NCBI GenBank assembly: GCA_020633495.1
Contig: JACKDR010000001.1
Coordinates: forward strand, 182,105 to 246,104
Length of the DNA: 64,000 nt
DNA from: Kofleriaceae bacterium
GTDB lineage: Bacteria; Myxococcota_A; Polyangia; Haliangiales; Haliangiaceae
Direction of reading: 5' to 3'
This document shows positions 21,018 through 29,906 of the stretch, in pieces; position 1 is the first letter of the stretch, and every line of letters starts with the position of its first letter. The notes beneath the pieces are model-generated. The model did no database searches. It was not told the DNA's origin and saw only the letters and a program-made list of their open reading frames with translations. Position numbers and translations under genes: made by a program.

Positions 21018-22433
21018 ATGAGCGACACGTATCAGTTCGGCATGCTGGGGGTCGGCGTCATGGGCCGCAACCTGGCCTGGAACATCGCCGACCACGGCTA
21101 CACGGTCTCGGTGTGGAACCGCGAGCTCGACATGCTCGACGACGTCCTCGCCCAGCACCCGGGCAAGCTGCACGGCACCCGCACCCTCGAGGAGTTCGTC
21201 GCGTCGCTGGAGCGGCCGCGGCGGATCATGCTGATGATCACCGCCGGCAAGCCGGTCGACATGGTGATCGACGCGCTCGAGCCGCTGCTCGAGGCCGGCG
21301 ACATCGTCATCGACGGCGGCAACTCGTGGTTCGAGGACACCCAGCGGCGCGAGGCCCGGCTGACCGCCAAGGGCATGAACTTCTTCGGCGTCGGCGTGTC
21401 GGGGGGCGAGGACGGCGCCCGCTTCGGGCCGTCGATGATGCCCGGCGGCAAGGCCGAGGCCTACGAGCGCATCCGGCCCATCCTCGAGGCGATCGCCGCC
21501 AAGACCGACTCGGGCCCGTGCGTGACCCACGTCGGCCCCGACGGCGCCGGCCACTTCGTCAAGATGGTCCACAACGGCATCGAGTACGCCGACATGCAGT
21601 TCATCGCCGAGGCCTACGACCTGCTGCGTCGGCTCGGCGGCTTCGACCCGCCGACCCTGGCCAAGACCTTCGCGGCGTGGAACCAGGGCCCGCTCGAGTC
21701 GTTCCTGATCGAGATCACCGGCAAGGTCTTCGAGGTCAAGGACCCGCGCGGCGACGGCTGGCTGATCGATCGCGTCCTCGACAAGGCCGGCCAGAAGGGC
21801 ACCGGCCGGTGGACCGCGCAGATCGCGCTCGAGCTCGGCGTCTCGATCCCGTCGATCGCCGCGGCGATCGACGCCCGCGTGCTGTCGAGCATGAAGGACG
21901 CCCGGGTCGCCGCGGCCGGCGTCCTGCACGGCCCCGCCGCGCCGCCCGCGGTCGGCGACCCGGCGGCGCTGGCGGCGTCGATCCACGACGCCCTGCACGC
22001 CGCCAAGATCGTCGCCTACGCCCAGGGCATGGCGCTGATCCGCGCCGGCTCGGACAAGTTCAGCTGGGGCATCTCGATGCGCGAGATGGCGCGGATCTGG
22101 AAGGGCGGCTGCATCATCCGGGCGCGCTTCCTCGACACGATCATGAAGGCGTACGAGCGCAACCCCGAGCTGCCCAACCTGCTGCTCGACGAGGCCATCC
22201 GCGGCCAGGTCCACGCCGCCCAGGGGGCGTGGCGCGACGTGGTCGGCCTGGCCCAGCGCCACGGCATCCCGGTGCCGGCGATGGCGTCGAGCCTGGCGTA
22301 CTTCGACAGCTACCGGACCGCGTCGCTGCCGCAGAACCTGACCCAGGCCCAGCGGGACGCCTTCGGCGCCCACACCTACCAGCGCAACGACGCCCCCGAG
22401 GAGGGGTTCGTCCACACCGACTGGCTGCCGTGA
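21018..22433 (+). CDS. gnd: 6-phosphogluconate dehydrogenase (decarboxylating)
   Basis: An N-terminal Rossmann motif (MLGVGVMGRNLAWN) and a conserved core are present. There is an AAGGAG RBS. Confidence 0.95.
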   Translation: MSDTYQFGMLGVGVMGRNLAWNIADHGYTVSVWNRELDMLDDVLAQHPGKLHGTRTLEEFVASLERPRRIMLMITAGKPVDMVIDALEPLLEAGDIVIDGGNSWFEDTQRREARLTAKGMNFFGVGVSGGEDGARFGPSMMPGGKAEAYERIRPILEAIAAKTDSGPCVTHVGPDGAGHFVKMVHNGIEYADMQFIAEAYDLLRRLGGFDPPTLAKTFAAWNQGPLESFLIEITGKVFEVKDPRGDGWLIDRVLDKAGQKGTGRWTAQIALELGVSIPSIAAAIDARVLSSMKDARVAAAGVLHGPAAPPAVGDPAALAASIHDALHAAKIVAYAQGMALIRAGSDKFSWGISMREMARIWKGGCIIRARFLDTIMKAYERNPELPNLLLDEAIRGQVHAAQGAWRDVVGLAQRHGIPVPAMASSLAYFDSYRTASLPQNLTQAQRDAFGAHTYQRNDAPEEGFVHTDWLP

Positions 22434-25114
22434 CCGGGGCGCCGCCCGACGACGACCCCGAGCGGCAGCGCCTCGACGAGGACGAGCGCCGCACCAAGAA
22501 CTGGACCCGCTGGGGGCCGTACCTGTCGGAGCGGCAGTGGGGGACCGTCCGCGAGGACTACTCGCCGGACGGGACCTGCTGGGACTACCTGCCCCACGAT
22601 CACGCGCGCAGCCGCGCGTATCGATGGGGCGAGGACGGGCTGCTCGGCATCACCGACCGCGAGTGCCGGATGTGCTTCGCGCTGGCGCTGTGGAACGGCC
22701 ACGATCCGATCCTCAAGGAGCGCCTGTTCGGGCTGACCGGGCCCGAGGGCAACCACGGCGAGGACGTCAAGGAGCTGTACTACTACCTCGACGCCACGCC
22801 GACGTCGTCGTACCTGGCGGCGCTCTACAAGTACCCGCAGGCGGCGTACCCGTACGCCGAGCTGGTCGAGGAGAACCGGCGCCGCGGCCGCGACCTGCCC
22901 GAGTACGACGTCGAGGACACCGGCGTCTTCGACGACAACCGCTACTTCGACGTCCTGGCCGAGTACGCCAAGGCGTCGCCGTCCGACGTCCTGATCCGGA
23001 TCACGGTGTCCAACCGCGGCCCCGAGGCGGCGCCGCTGCACCTCCTGCCGACGGTGTGGCAGCGCAACACGTGGTCGTGGGGCCGGACCAGCGAGGGCTA
23101 CTGGCCGCGCGGCGAGCTGCGCCGCCACGACGGCGAGACCGTCGCGATCACGCACCCGTCGCTGGGCCGCTACCGCCTGACCTGCGAGGCCCACCCCGGC
23201 GCCGGTCCGCGGCTGCTGTTCACCGAGAACGAGACCAACTTCGCCCGCCTGTACGGCGTCGCCAACCCGACGCCCTACGTCAAGGACGCCTTCCACCGGG
23301 TCGTCGTCGACGGCGACGACGCCGCCGCCAACCCCGAGCAGGTCGGGACCAAGGCGGCGGCGTGGTACCGGCTGTCGATCCCGGCCGGCCGCGAGGTCGT
23401 GATCCGGCTGCGCCTGAGCAGCGAGGCCGAGGCCGCCGCCGAGGCCGCGCCGCTGGGCGCCGACTTCGACGCGCTGTTCGCGCGCCGCAAGGCCGAGGCC
23501 GACCGCTACCACCTGACCGCCCGCGACGAGCCGCTCGACGACGCCGAGCGCCACATCGTCCGCCAGGCCGACGCCGGCCTGATGTGGTCGAAGCAGTTCT
23601 ACCACTACATCGTCGAGCACTGGCTCGAGGGCGACCCGGGGCAGCCGGCGCCGCAGCGCCGCGAGCAGCGCAACAAGACCTGGCGCCACCTGTGGGCCCG
23701 CGATCTGATCGCGATGCCCGACAAGTGGGAGTACCCGTGGTTCGCCGCCTGGGACACCGCGTTCCACTGCGTCGCGATGGCGCGCGTCGACCCGGCGTTC
23801 GCCAAGAAGCAGATCCTGCTGCTGTGCCGCGAGTGGTACATGCACCCCAGCGGCCAGCTGCCGGCGTACGAGTTCGCGTTCGACGACGTCAACCCGCCGG
23901 TCCACGCCTGGGCGGCGTGGCGGGTCTTCCAGCTCGACGCCCAGCGCGGCAAGAAGGACCGGCTGTTCCTCGAGCGCGCCTTCCAGAAGTGCCTGATCAA
24001 CTTCACGTGGTGGGTCAACCGCGAGGACCTCGAGGGCGACAACCTGTTCAGCGGCGGCTTCCTCGGCCTCGACAACGTCGGCGTCTTCGACCGCTCCAAG
24101 GGCCTGCCCGGCGGCGGCCGGCTCGAGCAGGCCGACGCCACCGCGTGGATGGCGTTCTACTGCACGACGATGCTGGCGATCGCCCTCGAGCTGGCCACCG
24201 AGGATCCGGCCTACGGCGACGTCGCGTCGAAGTTCTTCGAGCACTTCGTCACGATCTCCAAGGCGATGAACGAGCTCGGCGGCACCGGGCTGTGGGACGA
24301 GCAGGACGGCTTCTACTACGACGTCGCGTTCTGGGCCGGCCACTCGTCGCCGCTGCGGATCCGCTCGATGGTCGGCCTGATCCCGCTGTTCGCGGTCGAG
24401 TCGCTGGACAGCCGGCACCTCGAGCGCCACCCGCTGTTCCGCGAGCGCATGGAGTGGTTCCTCGACAACCGACCCGATCTGGCGTCGAGCATCGCGTGCC
24501 TGGCGCCCGACGCGACCTCGGAGCACCGGCTGCTGGCGGTGCCGTCGCGCGAGCGCCTCGAGCGGGTGCTGCGCTACCTGCTCGACGAGGACGAGTTCCT
24601 GTCGCCGTACGGCATCCGGTCGCTGTCGCGCTACCACAAGGACCACCCCTACGTCCTCGAGGTCGACGGCGAGCGGCGCGAGGTCCACTACACGCCGGGC
24701 GAGTCGGACTCGGGGCTGTTCGGCGGCAACTCCAACTGGCGCGGCCCGATCTGGTTCCCGGTCAACTACCTGCTGGTCGAGGCGCTCAAGCGCTTCCACC
24801 ACTTCTACGGCGACACCCTCAAGGTCGAGTGTCCCACCGGCTCGGGCCACTGGGTCGATCTGCGCGGCGCCGCCGAAGAGATCGAGCGCCGGCTGTGCAA
24901 CCTGTTCCGGCCCGACGACGACGGCCAGCGGCCGTGCCACGGCCGCAGCGTCCACCACGCCCGCGACCCGCACTGCCGCGACCTGGTCCTGTTCCACGAG
25001 TTCTTCGACGGCGACGACGGCCGCGGCCTCGGCGCCAGCCACCAGACCGGCTGGACCGCGCTGGCCGGCAACCTGTTCGAGCGGGTCGCCGCGGTGCGGG
25101 CGCGCCGCGGGTGA
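22430..25114 (+). CDS. Glycoside hydrolase family 63-like protein (processing alpha-glucosidase / MGH-like)
   Basis: An (alpha/alpha)6 GH63-type core is present (WRHLWARDLIAMPDKWEYPWFAAWDTAFH...). The start is taken as the GTG overlapping the gnd stop; the upstream part of the track ORF is read-through. Confidence 0.75.
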   Translation: MTGAPPDDDPERQRLDEDERRTKNWTRWGPYLSERQWGTVREDYSPDGTCWDYLPHDHARSRAYRWGEDGLLGITDRECRMCFALALWNGHDPILKERLFGLTGPEGNHGEDVKELYYYLDATPTSSYLAALYKYPQAAYPYAELVEENRRRGRDLPEYDVEDTGVFDDNRYFDVLAEYAKASPSDVLIRITVSNRGPEAAPLHLLPTVWQRNTWSWGRTSEGYWPRGELRRHDGETVAITHPSLGRYRLTCEAHPGAGPRLLFTENETNFARLYGVANPTPYVKDAFHRVVVDGDDAAANPEQVGTKAAAWYRLSIPAGREVVIRLRLSSEAEAAAEAAPLGADFDALFARRKAEADRYHLTARDEPLDDAERHIVRQADAGLMWSKQFYHYIVEHWLEGDPGQPAPQRREQRNKTWRHLWARDLIAMPDKWEYPWFAAWDTAFHCVAMARVDPAFAKKQILLLCREWYMHPSGQLPAYEFAFDDVNPPVHAWAAWRVFQLDAQRGKKDRLFLERAFQKCLINFTWWVNREDLEGDNLFSGGFLGLDNVGVFDRSKGLPGGGRLEQADATAWMAFYCTTMLAIALELATEDPAYGDVASKFFEHFVTISKAMNELGGTGLWDEQDGFYYDVAFWAGHSSPLRIRSMVGLIPLFAVESLDSRHLERHPLFRERMEWFLDNRPDLASSIACLAPDATSEHRLLAVPSRERLERVLRYLLDEDEFLSPYGIRSLSRYHKDHPYVLEVDGERREVHYTPGESDSGLFGGNSNWRGPIWFPVNYLLVEALKRFHHFYGDTLKVECPTGSGHWVDLRGAAEEIERRLCNLFRPDDDGQRPCHGRSVHHARDPHCRDLVLFHEFFDGDDGRGLGASHQTGWTALAGNLFERVAAVRARRG

Positions 25115-25116
25115 CG

Positions 25117-27033
25117 ATGCGGCTCGACGCGCGCGAGTGGCTCGAGCCCGACGGCCTCGGCGGCTACGCGATGGGCACCGTCGACGGCATCCGCACCCGC
25201 CGCTACCACGGCCTCCTGGTCGCGGCGACCCGGCCGCCCGAGGGCCGGATGGCGCTGGTCGCCGACCTCGAGGTCGAGGTCGAGACCGCCGCCGGGACGC
25301 GGGCGCTGTCGTCGCACCGCTACCGCGGCGACGTCGTCCACCCCGACGGCGCGGCCCGGCGGGTCGGCTTCGCCTGGCAGCCGTGGCCACGCTGGGAGTA
25401 CCTGCTCGAGGACGGCACCCGGATCGCGCAGGAGGTGATCGTCGCGCCGGGCGCGCCCCAGGTCCTGGTGCGGTGGCGGCGGCTGGCCGGCGACGGGCCG
25501 GCGCGGCTGCGGGTGCGGCCGCTGCTGTCGGGGCGCGATCACCACGCCCTGCACCACGAGAACCCCGCGTTCCGGTTCGACGCCGAGGTCGACGATCCGG
25601 GCTCGGGCCACGGCGCCCGGGTCACCTGGCGGCCCTACGACGGCGTCCCGGCGATCGTCGCGCTCGCCAGCGGCGGCTACCGCGCCGCCCCCGACTGGTA
25701 CCGCGGCTTCCGCTACGCCGCCGAGGTCGCGCGCGGCCTCGACGCCGAGGAGGATCTGGCGGCGCCGGGCGTGTTCACGATCGACCTCGCCGACGGCGAC
25801 GCCGTGGTCGCGTTCGGCGCCGGCGATGCCCTCGCCGACGCCACCGACGCCCGCGCGCTGGCCCGCGAGGTCGGCGACGCCGAGGCCGCGCGGCGGGCCG
25901 GGTTCGCGACCCCGCTGCACCGCGCCGCCGACGCCTACGTCGTGACCCGCGGCGCCGGCCGCACCGTGATCGCCGGCTACCCGTGGTTCACCGACTGGGG
26001 CCGCGACACGTTCATCTCGCTGCGCGGCCTGTGCCTGGCCACCGGCCGGCTCGACGAGGCGCGCGGCCTGGTGCTGGCGTGGTCGGCGGCGCTGTCGCGC
26101 GGCATGCTGCCCAACCGCTTCGTCGAGGACGGCACCGCCGAGTACAACACCGTCGACGCCGCGCTGTGGTTCGTGGTCGCCGCCGACGCGCTGGTCGCCG
26201 CCGACGCCTGCGACGCGGCCGAGCGCCGCGCCCTCGACGAGGCGATCGACGCGATCGTCGCCGGCCACGCCGCCGGCACCCGGCACCGCATCGCGGCGAC
26301 CGACGACGGCCTGCTGGCCTGCGGCGAGCCCGGGATCCAGCTGACCTGGATGGACGCGCGGATCGGCGACCGCGTGATCACGCCGCGCACCGGCAAGCCG
26401 GTCGAGATCCAGGCGCTGTGGGCCAACGCGCTGGCGATCGCCGGCCGCCGCACGCCGCGCTGGCGCGACCTGCTGGCGCGCACCCGGGCGGCGTTCACGG
26501 CGCGGTTCTGGGACGACGCGCGCGGCCACCTGCGCGACGTCGTCGACTGCGATCACGTCGCCGGCGCCATCGACCCCAGCCTGCGCCCCAACCAGCTGTT
26601 CGCGGTCGGCGGCGGCCTGCCGCTGGCGCTGCTCGACGGCCCGCGCGCCCGCGCCGTGGTCGACGTCGTCGAGGCCGCGCTGTGGACGCCGGCCGGGCTG
26701 CGCTCGCTGGCGCCCGACGCGCCCGGCTACCGCGGCCGCTACCAGGGCGGCGTGGTCGCGCGCGACGAGGCCTACCACCAGGGCACGGTGTGGACCTGGC
26801 TGACCGGCCCGTTCGTCGAGGCCTGGGTCAAGGTCCGCGGCGGCGGCGCCGACGTCCGCGCCGAGGCACGCCGCCGGTTCCTGGCGCCGGTGCTGGCGCG
26901 CCTCGAGGTCGCCGGCCTCGGCCACCTCGCCGAGATCGCCGACGGCGACCCGCCGCACGCGCCGCGCGGCTGCCCGTTCCAGGCCTGGTCGGTGGCCGAG
27001 GCGCTGCGCCTCGACGTCGACGTCCTGGCCTAG
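25117..27033 (+). CDS. Glycogen debranching enzyme family protein (amylo-alpha-1,6-glucosidase, GDE C-terminal domain type)
   Basis: GDE_C-type motifs are present (GYPWFTDWGRDTFISLRGL...LPNRF), with an N-terminal GDE_N-like region. The ATG is 2 nt after the GH63 stop. Confidence 0.8.
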   Translation: MRLDAREWLEPDGLGGYAMGTVDGIRTRRYHGLLVAATRPPEGRMALVADLEVEVETAAGTRALSSHRYRGDVVHPDGAARRVGFAWQPWPRWEYLLEDGTRIAQEVIVAPGAPQVLVRWRRLAGDGPARLRVRPLLSGRDHHALHHENPAFRFDAEVDDPGSGHGARVTWRPYDGVPAIVALASGGYRAAPDWYRGFRYAAEVARGLDAEEDLAAPGVFTIDLADGDAVVAFGAGDALADATDARALAREVGDAEAARRAGFATPLHRAADAYVVTRGAGRTVIAGYPWFTDWGRDTFISLRGLCLATGRLDEARGLVLAWSAALSRGMLPNRFVEDGTAEYNTVDAALWFVVAADALVAADACDAAERRALDEAIDAIVAGHAAGTRHRIAATDDGLLACGEPGIQLTWMDARIGDRVITPRTGKPVEIQALWANALAIAGRRTPRWRDLLARTRAAFTARFWDDARGHLRDVVDCDHVAGAIDPSLRPNQLFAVGGGLPLALLDGPRARAVVDVVEAALWTPAGLRSLAPDAPGYRGRYQGGVVARDEAYHQGTVWTWLTGPFVEAWVKVRGGGADVRAEARRRFLAPVLARLEVAGLGHLAEIADGDPPHAPRGCPFQAWSVAEALRLDVDVLA

Positions 27034-27048
27034 TGGTAGCCTGCCGCG

Positions 27049-27585
27049 ATGGCCCTGTCCGCGACGATGCGACGCTTCGAGATCGAGCTGGCCGACAGCG
27101 ATCGCGGCGTCTACGAGGCGCTCGACCTGCGGGTCGCGCAGCACCCGTCGGAGAGCGACCGCTACCTGATCGCGCGGGTCCTGGCCCGGGCGCTCGAGCA
27201 CGCCGAGGGCGTCGGCTTCAGCAAGGGCCTGTGCGTCGACGACGAGCCGGCGGTGTGGCAGCGCGATCTGCGCGGCGACCTGCAGGCGTGGATCGAGGTC
27301 GGCGCGCCGTCGACCGATCGCCTGCACAAGGCCGCCAAGACCTGCCCGCGGGTCGTCGTCTACGCGTGGAAGTCGCCCGACCAGCTGGCCCAGGCCATCG
27401 TCGACGCCGCGGTCCACCGCGCCGAGCACATCGCGATCCGCGGCCTCGACCCGGCGCTGCTCGACGCCGTCGCGGCCACCCTCGACCGCAACAACAAGTG
27501 GGCGCTGTCGGTCACCGGCGGCACGCTGTACCTGGAGATCGGCGGCAAGACGTTCGAGGGCGAGCTGCGCGCGATCGCCGGCTGA
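27049..27585 (+). CDS. YaeQ family protein
   Basis: A YaeQ-like N-terminus (MRRFEIELADSDRGVYE) is present and the size is ~180 aa. Confidence 0.75.
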   Translation: MALSATMRRFEIELADSDRGVYEALDLRVAQHPSESDRYLIARVLARALEHAEGVGFSKGLCVDDEPAVWQRDLRGDLQAWIEVGAPSTDRLHKAAKTCPRVVVYAWKSPDQLAQAIVDAAVHRAEHIAIRGLDPALLDAVAATLDRNNKWALSVTGGTLYLEIGGKTFEGELRAIAG

Positions 27586-27591
27586 CCCGCC

Positions 27592-27780
27592 CGCTCACCT
27601 CGAGCGTTCGACCGACGGCCGTCGGAGATTTGCCGCAAGACGAACCGGGTCAGGTCGCCTGGTCGACATGGTTCGCTCACCTCGAGCGCTCGACCGACGG
27701 CCGTCGGAGATTTGCGGCAAGACGAACCGGGTCAGGTCGCCTGGTCGACGTGGTTCGCTCACCTCGAGCGGAGCCCGAGC
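27592..27780. repeat. 82-bp tandem repeat, two full copies plus a partial third, each with nested palindromes
   Basis: Copies start at 27592, 27674 and 27756 and are >95% identical. Each unit contains the perfect palindrome CCGACGGCCGTCGG, the TTGC-N-GCAA palindrome and terminal GTCGACC/GGTCGAC complementarity. It lies in a convergent intergenic region. Confidence 0.85.
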
Positions 27781-28055
27781 GGCGAAGCCGCGAGGGCGCA
27801 GTCGAGAGGGCGTGGATCGGTGCGGTCTCGGCGGTGCACCGGTGCCCGCCCCCTCGACTCCGGGGTCGGTGCTGCGCACCTCCCCCTCCGCTCGGGGTGA
27901 GTGCTGTGAGGCCCAAACCCGCGGTCCGCCGATCGCTGCGCCACGCAAGATCAGCGGCCTGGCCCAGCTGTTCGTTAGGAGCGGAGCCCGAGCGGCGCAG
28001 CTGCGAGGGCGGAGGGGTGAGCGACGTCTGCAGGTCGAGCCGTCGTCGCCCGCGG

Positions 28056-28808
28056 CTAGTCCGCCGTGGCGACCGCGCACGTCGACGGCGGCGCCACCGC
28101 GGCGCCGTCGGCGGCGGCCGCGGCGGACAGCTCGAGGTCGAGCTCGAGGTTGTCGCTGCGCATCCCCACCGGGCCGGTCAGGCCCGCGGCGGTGCCGTCG
28201 AGCGTGCCCTGCCAGGCGACCTCGCCGTCGATCCACGCGACCAGGTCGTCGCCGACGATCTCGGCCTGCAGCGTGTGGGTCGAGCCCAGCGCGAAGCGCT
28301 TGACCCGGGCCGCCCGCCGCGGCGCGATCTTGACGTAGCCGCCGACGCCGCAGGCCGCGTTGTCGTGGGCGCCCGGGTTGTGCTTGACCGAGACCTCGAG
28401 CTGCGGCCGCGGCTCGAGCCGCCACATGACGTAGACCAGGTTGCATCCGTCGGCGGCGCGCAGCTTGAGGCCGACCTGGTGGCGGACGTCGCCGGAGGCC
28501 AGCGCGCGGGTCTTCAGGGTCGGGCCGAGGTAGGTGAAGCGCAGCGCGGCGCCGTCGCCCTCGGTGGCGGGCGCGACCGCGCGGAACGTCGGCTCGGTGA
28601 CGTGGACGACGTCGCCGTCGCCGTCGAGGTGGCCGTGGGTGACGCAGACGTCGGCGGCGGCCACCGGGGTCAACGCCAGCGACGGCGACCGGGGGGTCGG
28701 CTTGCCGGCGTCGTGGCCGCGCTCGCCGGCGGCGGACCGGTCGAACGCGCCGGCCTTGCACATGCCGACGACCGCGAGGATCGCGAGCGCGCCGTACTCG
28801 GGCTTCAC
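28056..28808 (-). CDS. Secreted/lipoprotein-like hypothetical protein (~250 aa)
   Basis: The C-terminal 250 aa of the track ORF is protein-like and has a hydrophobic N-terminus (ALAILAVVGMC). The GTG start overlaps the upstream stop (GTGA). Confidence 0.55.
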   Translation of the reverse strand: MKPEYGALAILAVVGMCKAGAFDRSAAGERGHDAGKPTPRSPSLALTPVAAADVCVTHGHLDGDGDVVHVTEPTFRAVAPATEGDGAALRFTYLGPTLKTRALASGDVRHQVGLKLRAADGCNLVYVMWRLEPRPQLEVSVKHNPGAHDNAACGVGGYVKIAPRRAARVKRFALGSTHTLQAEIVGDDLVAWIDGEVAWQGTLDGTAAGLTGPVGMRSDNLELDLELSAAAAADGAAVAPPSTCAVATAD

Positions 28809-29884
28809 GGCGCCGCCGCCTCGTCGCCGAGCACCTGGGCCAGCGCGTCGACGTGCGCGCTGAGGTAGGCGTGCTCGGCCTTGGCCTTGATCCACTCGAA
28901 CCACACGGTCTGGCGCAGGCGCCGGCTGGCGTCGCCGCCGACCTTGTCGAGCGTGCCGAGCTGCTCGTGCAGGTCGCGCTCGAGCACGGTGGCGTCGTCG
29001 AGGCGGGCCCGCTCGGCGTCGAGCAGGGCGCGCAGCCGGGTCGCGGTGACGTCGAGCTGGCCGACCGCGTGGTCGCGCTCGACCATGCGGCGACGGCCGG
29101 CGGCGGCCCGCCGGTTGGCGCCGCCCTGCAGGAACCACCCGGTGTTGAAGCTGAACGACACCATCGCGAACACCGGCGAGCCCTGATCGCCCTCGAGGAA
29201 CTGGTCGTAGCCGAGCCGCAGGCTGAGATCCCAGGCCCGGGCGCGGCGCAGCTTGCCGTCGTCGCGCTCGACGTCGGCGTCGGCGCGGTAGTACGCGGCC
29301 AGCGCGTGGGCGGTCGGGCGCTCGCCGGCGACGCCGGGCAGCGCGCCCAGCTCGCCGTGGGTGGTGGCGGCGAGCTGCCGCAGCTCGTCGACCCGCAGCC
29401 GGGTCGCGGTCGCCTCCTGCGCGGTGGTGCGGCGGTGCGCCATGTCGTCGTCGGCCTGGCGCAGCAGCTTGTCGGCCTCGGCCAGCGCGCCGTCGAGGAC
29501 CTCGGCGCGGGCGGCCAGCGCCTCGCGCGCGGTCGCGCCCTCGACCTGGTCGAGGGCCTGGTGACGGCGGCAGTCGGCGCGGGCCCGGTCGCGGGTCAGC
29601 TTGCCCTGGTACAGGCCGCCGAGCCGGATCCGCACGCCCAGGGTCAGGCGCAGATCGTCGGAGCTGGTGTCGGGGATGTCGACCGCCCCCGACTGATCGA
29701 TGTAGCCGAAGCTGCCGAACAGCTCGGGCGCGACCAGCAGCGCGCGCTCGGCGTCGGCGACGCCCTCGACGTGCGCGCAGTAGCCGTCGCCGGTGGCGGC
29801 CGCGCCCTTGTCGGCGTGGGCCGCCGGGGCGACGGCGGCGACCAGCGCCGCCGTCGCGAGCCCGGTGGTGAACAGGATGCGCAT
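28805..29884 (-). CDS. Secreted hypothetical protein (signal peptide; beta-strand-rich ends with a central coiled coil)
   Basis: It has a signal peptide (MRILFTTGLATAALVAAVAPAAHA) and protein-like composition. Confidence 0.6.
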   Translation of the reverse strand: MRILFTTGLATAALVAAVAPAAHADKGAAATGDGYCAHVEGVADAERALLVAPELFGSFGYIDQSGAVDIPDTSSDDLRLTLGVRIRLGGLYQGKLTRDRARADCRRHQALDQVEGATAREALAARAEVLDGALAEADKLLRQADDDMAHRRTTAQEATATRLRVDELRQLAATTHGELGALPGVAGERPTAHALAAYYRADADVERDDGKLRRARAWDLSLRLGYDQFLEGDQGSPVFAMVSFSFNTGWFLQGGANRRAAAGRRRMVERDHAVGQLDVTATRLRALLDAERARLDDATVLERDLHEQLGTLDKVGGDASRRLRQTVWFEWIKAKAEHAYLSAHVDALAQVLGDEAAAP

Positions 29885-29906
29885 CGTGTCTCCCGGCGAA
29901 GGATCC

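Noticed and set aside
18251-21028. 925-aa and 879-aa ORFs (18251..21028 minus; 18382..21021 plus) across pgi and tal
   Set aside because: They are antisense or offset shadow frames of two highly conserved enzymes and are Arg/Gly-rich.
22376-28868. ORFs 22376..25390 (-), 24805..27429 (-), 25137..28868 (+)
   Set aside because: They are shadow frames over the GH63, GDE and yaeQ genes and the repeat region, with low-complexity Arg/Gly composition.
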